Below are positions 57,301-64,000 of a DNA stretch of 64,000 nt, piece by piece; position 1 is the first letter of the stretch; the number at the start of each line of letters is the position of its first letter. The notes beneath the pieces are model-generated. The model saw only the letters and a program-made list of their open reading frames with translations, was not told where the DNA came from and did not search any database. The position numbers and the translations under genes are program-made. Source of the DNA: the human T2T-CHM13v2.0 reference genome, Homo sapiens. The stretch is from the NCBI RefSeq assembly GCF_009914755.1, contig NC_060941.1. One strand, given 5' to 3'.

Positions 57301-59065
57301 GAAGGGGGGGGTGGTGTTCCAGGCGTGAGGATGCCCTGGGCACAGCCACTTGTCCCAGGAGCTGTCAGAATCTTAGACCCAGAGGAGCCCTGAGGTGTTC
57401 CCGTCCATTCCCTTGCCCCTTTCTAGGCCACCAGAGTAAGGCCTCGAGGGAGGGATGTCTCAGGCCCCATTCCTCTTGGGACAGCTGAGTGGTCTCTGAG
57501 GGTGGGAGCTGGTTTGAGGCTTCTTCCGCAGCTGGCTTGGGCTTCCCCATCTGGGAAATGGAGCAGGGGCAGGTGGGGAGCTGAGTCATTTCCCTCCTTG
57601 GTCACTCGGAGGGAGAAGAAGGAAGTTTCCTGAGAGCTTTTGGTCCCCTGGGAGGCTGTTTCTCCCAGGAGGAGGAGGAAACCAGGACACAGCGTGCCAG
57701 GCAGGGCAGGGTGGGGGCTGCAGACTTCTGCGATGCCCCTTCTTTCTCCACTGCAGCCCTAAGTTGAGGACACACCTGATTCTGCGTACTGGCTCCACCA
57801 TCTGGTAGTTCTGTAATTAAGCAAGTGACCACCCCTCTGTGCCTCAGTTCCTTCATCTGTAAAATGGAGCCAATGAGCTTATCCACCACAGATGGCCGCA
57901 GTGGTAATGAAATAATTCTAGCTGGGTCCATAGCACAGAGCTCAGAACATATTGAGTGCTCCGCCTGGCTGTTTTACCAGCCAAGTCAAGTGCTAAGCAC
58001 TTTAGGTAGACTCATCTCATTTAATCCTTGCTACAGCCCCATGAGTGTAGTGATTTCTACTGACAACAGGGAAACAGAGGCACTGAGTGGTGAAGTGACC
58101 TGTCCCACAGCTAGTCAGTTGAGGTGGGATTCAAACCCAGGGCAGACTGATGTCGGTGAGTGCTGGGCTGGATTTCACCCACCAGCTGCCTGGGGCCAGG
58201 ATCCTAGGGCTGGTGGGGCCTGCAGATCACTCTGCTCTGAGCCGCCAGCAATCTGGGTGCGGGCCAGAGAGCCGTCCTCCTCGGTTAGAATCCTGCAGCC
58301 AGTCTCCCTGCTGTGCAGACACATAATTATATTTCACATTAAAGGGGAAGCTGGAGGCCAAGGGGGCCAAGGAGCCCTTTGAGGCTCATGCTCTGGGCAC
58401 AGACTGGCCTCCTCGGCCCAATTCTGAGGCCCTAGGGCCGAGCTGGGGGTCAGACTGGTGACAAAATGGAGTTCCCCTGGGTCAGTGTCCAGGCGAGCAG
58501 GTCTGTCTGCCAGGATGAAAGACTTGGCCCCTGCGGGAGGCTCAGAGATATGAGGCCCAGACAATAGGCCTCAGAAAGCTGGGAGGGCAGGGCATTTGGG
58601 GACAGGTTGGGAAGAAAGCCTGAGCCTCCAGAGACAGGGGCTCGAAAGAGAAGGGGGTCACATGGGGATCCGGTCGGCAGAGAGAGGTCCAGGGAGGAGC
58701 ACAGAGAAGGCAGGAGATGGGAGAAGCCAAGCAGCTCAAGATGGAGAGGAGAAAAATGCTATTAGGGTGGGATGGTGTGTGTAGAGGGTGCGTGCCTGGT
58801 GTGCAGGGGAAAAGGGCTCTGTGGGAATGCACAAGCTTAGACCTGTGTGTGCGTATGCACACGTGCAGATGCCATCCTGCATGTGCACATATGAGCGAGT
58901 GTGTACATGTGCCCCTGCGAACATCATGCATGTGGGGGCATGTATCCTGCATGTTTATGCCTGTGTGTGTGCTCGCCATGCACCTGTGCGTGCGCGCGTG
59001 TCCCCGGCGGACGTGCCTGCATGTGTGTGTATGTGTGTGTGCGCGCATGTCCCCGGGAAGTCGTG

Positions 59066-59067
<2 letters not shown>

Positions 59068-59110
<43 letters not shown>

Positions 59111-59130
59111 GTGTGTGTGCGCGCGCGCGT
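59068..59130. repeat. Compound (TG)n(TA)n(TG)n(CG)n microsatellite
   Basis: 63 bp of uninterrupted purine/pyrimidine alternation. Confidence 0.96.
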
Positions 59131-59698
59131 CCCAGTGCGCAAGTGGCTGGCGGTGTGTGTGTAGGGGGCGGCCCGGGACTAGGAGGGGCTCGGGGCCAGG
59201 CCGGAGCCGTGGTAGGCGGGTGCAGCGGCTGCGCGGCGCGGCGCGGCGCGGGGCGGGCGTGCTCTCCGCGGAGAGTTAGAGGAGTTGCCGAGCTGAGCTC
59301 CGGTGGAGCGAGGCGCGGAGCTGGGTGCGCGCCGAGCCTCTGCCTCCCGCCGCCTCCTCGCCCTCCATTCCTCGCTCCCCGTCTTCTCCCGGCCACACCG
59401 CCACTGCTGCCGCCTCCCTGGGAACAGTAGCCGGGGGAGGGGGACTGGCGCGGTCAGAGCCTGCGAGGAGGTGCGGGGCGCCGGGGCGTAGGGGAGCGCG
59501 CCGGGCCCTGCCCGAGATCAGATAACAGCCGGCGGGGGAGGGGGTGGGCCGGCCGTGCTCACAGCCGGACCGAGGGACCGACGCCAGCCGCCCCGGCCCA
59601 AGCGAGCGCCCAGCGGCCGGGGGCGCCGTCCAGGCGCGCGCCCCCGACCCGTGGCTGGACCAGGGCGATCCGCTTTGCAGAGAGACGCGCCCCTCGGC

Positions 59699-59725
59699 AT
59701 GGAGCGCCCCCGGGAGCTGCCCTGA
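59699..59725 (+). other. uORF MERPRELP* in exon 1
   Basis: ATG in strong Kozak context (ggcATGG), TGA at 59723-59725. Confidence 0.6.
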
Positions 59726-59748
59726 GGGCGGTGGCGGCAGCGGCGGCG

Positions 59749-59838
59749 ATGCAGCCAGCGCGGCAGCTGCCGGGGCCAGGAACGGCCGCCCGGAGCTGGG
59801 AGGACGCCGAGCGCGCCGCGCCCGGGCCACTGACCGAG
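59749..59838 (+). other. Second upstream ATG frame, open to the splice donor (MQPARQLPGPGTAARSWEDAERAAPGPLTE, phase 0)
   Basis: gcggcgATGc with G at -3; 30 codons without a stop up to GAG|GT. No protein family recognised. Confidence 0.45.
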
Positions 59839-62800
59839 GTAAGTGCGCGGCCGCGGGCGCATGGTCCCTCCCGGGCCCGGCCCCAGTTCCCCGCAGGCCG
59901 CGCCTCGCCACTAGCCCGGCCCGGAGCTAGCACGAGGTTGTGCAGCAACAGGGAAGGTGGAGCGGGAGGGTGTTTTCTTCCTCTCGTTTTATTTTTTTCC
60001 CTCCCTTGGTGAGACATCGGAGGAAATGCTGACTGCGAGCTTTTCTTTTCCTGCCATGTCTCCGGCTACCACCACAAGGAACTTTGCTCCTGGCTAACCT
60101 TCGTCCTGGGGGGCGCTCCGGGAAACTTTGAGGAGCCCTCGGCCCCCGTCTGACTGGTTTGCACTAGGGGGCTCGGGAGGGAGCGTGCGGAAGCACTCTG
60201 GCGCGCGGCACGGGTCCTACGCGTGACCTTCCCGGAGACCCCGCGATCGAGGTGAGGTTCGGAGGTGGGCGCCCGGGCTATATGAGCCGCCCCGAGAATG
60301 CCTCCCGTCAGAGACCTGCGGGTTCTTGGAGTCGTGTCTCTTTCTCACCTCCCGTGCTGTAATGGAGTAAAAATATTCTGGAAATGATTCCATGCCAGCA
60401 AGTCAGCCAAGTCCAGAGGCTCCCTTTTGCTTTTAGAAGTCGGCCTTGATCTCCGAGGGGATGGCCGCTGGCTGAGAAGCTCCCAGGGTTTCAGGGCCAG
60501 GGTCCACCCTGCGCGCGCACGGCCTCTCCGGGTGCCCTGGGGGAGCGGGGCGGGAATCAGGGGCTCATGGGCAGAGACAGCTGGGGTGGGGCGCTCCTTG
60601 GGGGGTTCAGATGGGAGTTGAGGCCCAAGCGAGTGTCTGTGCCTCGGTTTTGATCCAGCGTGCCCATGTCATGTGAATATTTTAAAACCTGTGATCAGAA
60701 TGGGGGTCAAAGTGTTTCTTTGGGGACGGTCTTGTTCTGGGAGGTTTTCCTGCCTCCTCACAGCCTGGACTCGCCCGCACCTGGGACCTCCCCCTCCCCA
60801 TTTCCCAGGGGGCGTTCCCATCTTAGAGTACCGCGCTGCCTGTGGCCATTTCTAGTTTCTTTTTTGCTCCCCTATACCCAGGTTCGAGCCCTGCAATAAA
60901 GCGCTGGGGACCTCCTGGCTCCCACATCTGCGCCCCAAACCCAGGTTCACAGGCTCCGTCTCCGAGAGCGCCGAGGCGCCCACACGCCACTGAAATCGGC
61001 AGCCGCCTTTGGAAGGTGCGAACCCGGAAGGCGTTAGCCTTGGGCCTAGCCTTCGCCCCCTCTGAGATGCCAAAGGAGGGCCGGTCCCTGGCCGCGCGGC
61101 TGGACCCCAGCCTCCCTCGCGCTGCGCTGCACCTCCGCGGCCCCTCCTCGCGCAGCTCCGCCCTGGACCGCCGCCCTGTGGCGGGCGAGGGTCAGAGAGG
61201 GGAGGTCCATCTCAGCCCTGGGCGCCACCAGAGGCTTGCGCTCTTTTTGAGGGGTACTCCCTTCTGTATTCTGAGGAGAGCCCCTCAGTGTCTGCTGGGA
61301 CCGCCCCCCCCAACAAAAGACTTCACAGCGAAGTCTGCCCCTCAGTTCTCTGGTGGCACCTCCAACCAGACAGGGGACCCGAGGTTGGCAGCTCTAGGAG
61401 GGGGACCCTGGGGGCCTGCCATTTGGTGGGGCCAAGCCGCCTGAGAGAGAGCAGGGAGTGAGGGCGGAGGGCACTCACTCGAGCACCCTGGAGACGAGGA
61501 GGGTGGCTCCAGTGTGCTGGGCCACAGGGACACCCCTCTTCTCCACTGGAGGGCCGCTGTAGGCATACAGTAGGCAGTCTGTAAATGCTGGCTGTTGACC
61601 CAGAGCTGGCAGGTAGGGGCTCCAAGTCCTCTATCACCTCCTTTTTCCCCTCCCAGGGGAGGGCATGGCTGACACCCCTCATCCCCAGCACTGAAGGGGG
61701 TGGAGCCTTCTCTGGGAGGGGCAGGACCTGAGCTGTCAGTCCATCTCTGGACACTCCCCCTGCAGCTACCCCGTCAAAACCCCATAAGGTTTCCAGGCTG
61801 CCCCGGAGGGGACCCCTCCAGGAATGTGCCTCAACTGTGCTGGAAGGAAGAGGTGCCTGGGAAGTGGTGGAGGGGTATTGCCTAAAACCATGCAGTGGGT
61901 TGGGTTTGGACAGATGCCTTCACCTAGCTCTTTCCAGGCCAGGCGCTTACCCCACCAGCCTTCCTGCCCCAGGGCCATGGTGTCCCCATCCCTGGGTCTC
62001 CTTGAAGCAGGACAAAGTAACACTGAGTGGCCCTGCAACAGCAAAATAATAATGACAGCAGTGATAACAGGAGTAACAGCAGCAGCAGCACCTGCAGCTC
62101 TGCAGCACTGGGGCCGGTTCTGCCTATGGGCAGTTTTCTCTGCCTAGCCAGGCCTCCGGTACCCTGGGCCACAGTTGGCAGTACCAAGCGTGGCACCCGG
62201 AGGCCTTGGCATACGGCTGGGGCGGAAGTGAGTGCATCATTACTGTCATCAACCTCTGTGGCCCTCGCCAGGTCCCCAGGCAGAAGGCTACTGGTACACA
62301 CGGTGCCCACCCAGTGGCCACCCTCACCCCCCCTGCTCCCAGGCCCAGCTCTGGGCTGGGCCCTTCCTCCAACAGGTGCAGCTGGTGCCTGTGGCTGGGC
62401 CCTGGCCAGGGCTTTACTGTGAGCGACACATGGGTACACCTGCCCCTCCCCGGGCCTGCCCTTGGAGCCCTGCCACCGGCTAGCGTGGAGGAGAGTCAGG
62501 GAGGGGGCAGCTTGCGGGCAGCAGGAGGGGTGGAGGCTTGGCTGGCCACATGGAAGGTGCGGTGGGTGGGGGCTCAGCCCCACGGGATGGCTGTGCCGGG
62601 AACTGGCAGCGTGATGGGGACACGGCAGCAGGGAAAGGCTGAAGATGAAAGAGAGCTGGCCTGAAACTGGGCCGTGTGCAGGTTGGCCAGAGCTTCAGAG
62701 GCACCATGGGGTTGGGGGTGGGGGGGGGCCTGGCAGAGGCAGGTGGGTTTTCTGAGGTGCTGGGCTCGGGGCAGGACCAGAGCCCCCGCTGGGCACTGGC

Positions 62801-63706
62801 CAAGGACCCAGCCCTGGGTCAGCTGACTTAATTTCCTAATGGCCTGCCAGTGCAGAGGGTGGCATTAGCTCTATTGTGCAGACAGGGATTGGAGGCCCAG
62901 GGAGGCACTGGAGGCACCAGCCTGTGGGGCTCAGACCCAGAGCCCTGGTGCTTTCCCAGGGACAGAACTGCACCTTCCCCCATTCCACAGACACACCCCT
63001 CAGGGGCATTTGACTGCCAGGCTAGCTTTCTCCCTGCCTTACCACCAGGCAGGTCCCACACAGGGCCTGAGGCCTGCATGCCATCCCAGCTCCCGGGAGC
63101 TGTATTCCTAGGACCTAGTGAAGCCCTGGCACAGAGTAGGTGCCCAGTAAATGCTCGATGATTCCATGTCTGGACTGCTTCTTCCAGCCACAGAGGCCTT
63201 GCTGTGCTGGTGAGAGCTGTGGGGGCTGAGTTCTGGGGCTGGAGACCCCAGGCCCTGTTGCCTAGCTGTGGCCCCTGTGCTGGGTAGCCATACAGAAGTG
63301 CTTAATCAATGGGCATTGCATACGGGGAGACCCAGCCCCTGCCCTCAGGGATCTCACTATCTCAGAGGAGACTCTTGGACAGACTCAGGGGGGCAAGAGA
63401 GGCAGATGTTGCCACCAAGATGGGGTCACTCTTCCTGGCCTCAGTTCATCATCTGTGAAGTGGGACTGGCTCCGGAGAGTGCTCAGGATGGGGCAGTAGG
63501 AATGTGAGACTTGGAGCGTGCCTCTGGGAGTTGGGGGTGGGGAGGGGCTGGTCTCAGTAGAAATGGACGTGTGGAGAGGGGGATCTGGGAAGGAGGGGGT
63601 GTGAGCATTTGTGGAGCCAGAGCCTGGGGAACTCGTCATTTCCCCATCCAACCTTCCCTTGGACATGTAGGGAAGCAGGCCCAGGGCAGGGCAGCGAGTT
63701 GCTGTA

Positions 63707-63771
63707 GCAGTGGGCCCCAGATGGCAGTGGGCCCCAGATGGCAGTGGGCCCCAGATGGCAGTGGGCCCCAG
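63707..63771. repeat. 17-bp minisatellite (gcagtgggccccagatg) x ~3.8
   Basis: Three perfect units plus a 14-bp partial unit. Confidence 0.95.
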
Positions 63772-64000
63772 TGCAGGCCTCCTGTTTCCTGGTGTGTCCT
63801 CAGTGTCCCCTAACCCCAATCACCACCACTGGTGCTCCACAGCTCACTCCTTCCTGCCTGGCTGCTGAAGTGGCAGCATGAGGCTGTGGAGACCTTGGGG
63901 ACCCCCGCCCAGCCCTCTAATTAGCCTTCAGCCATGCATCATTGGACATGGTTCCATTTGCTTGGCCAGATAGGAGTGGGAACCCCTTTCTCAGCTGCCC

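Larger units (their letters stand above)
59282..59838 (+). other. KCNJ12: First exon (probably 5'UTR only) of a + strand gene, probably KCNJ12 (Kir2.2) or a segmental-duplication paralogue
   Basis: The 3' boundary is seen directly: GAG|GTAAGT at 59836-59844 inside the CpG island. The 5' boundary is approximate. The gene name comes from recall of the KCNJ12 5'UTR and locus layout (gene-free ~60 kb after MAP2K3), not from a search; no Kir CDS is in the window. Confidence 0.65.
58980..61250. promoter_or_regulatory. CpG island promoter spanning the TSS, exon 1 and start of intron 1
   Basis: Very high GC and CpG density; GC boxes (ggggcggc ~59164, gcggggcgggcg ~59248); no TATA box; contains a consensus 5' splice site. 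Confidence 0.93.

Noticed and set aside
58542-59430. Long ORFs (284 aa on -, 237 aa on +) over the promoter
   Set aside because: They run through RY microsatellite and CpG-island DNA that is poor in stop codons; low-complexity HT/CV/GR content with no recognisable domain.
63707-63771. CRISPR-like array
   Set aside because: Head-to-tail repeats without spacers in eukaryotic DNA, so a minisatellite.

Overview
Primate (almost certainly human) GC-rich intergenic DNA. It ends in a CpG-island promoter and a + strand first exon (about 59.28-59.84 kb, perfect GAG|GTAAGT donor at 59838/59839), followed by about 4 kb of intron 1. No protein-coding exon is supported; the ORF track is explained by GC content, Alu/L1 sequence and simple repeats. 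From memory of the 5'UTR wording and locus layout, this looks like the KCNJ12 (Kir2.2) non-coding exon 1 downstream of MAP2K3 on 17p11.2, but this is unverified and needs BLAT. The first 39 kb hold 18 Alu copies or fragments plus old L1M, MaLR/ERV LTRs, MER3, L2 and MIR, while the last ~24.6 kb contain no Alu. The most unusual item is a tailless 5'-half tRNA-Ile retrocopy (possible pre-tRNA leader, G at the wobble position, target-site duplication) nested in a MER39-like LTR that is itself inside MER21. Other candidates are an orphan CpG-rich element with an LTR-derived ZNF143/THAP11-type motif, two upstream ATGs in exon 1, a 63-bp perfect purine-pyrimidine tract before the TSS, several local duplications, inverted (CATC)n/(GGAT)n blocks and motif clusters that may be enhancers. 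Repeat subfamily names and most repeat boundaries were called by eye and are approximate. I found no convincing wholly new system.
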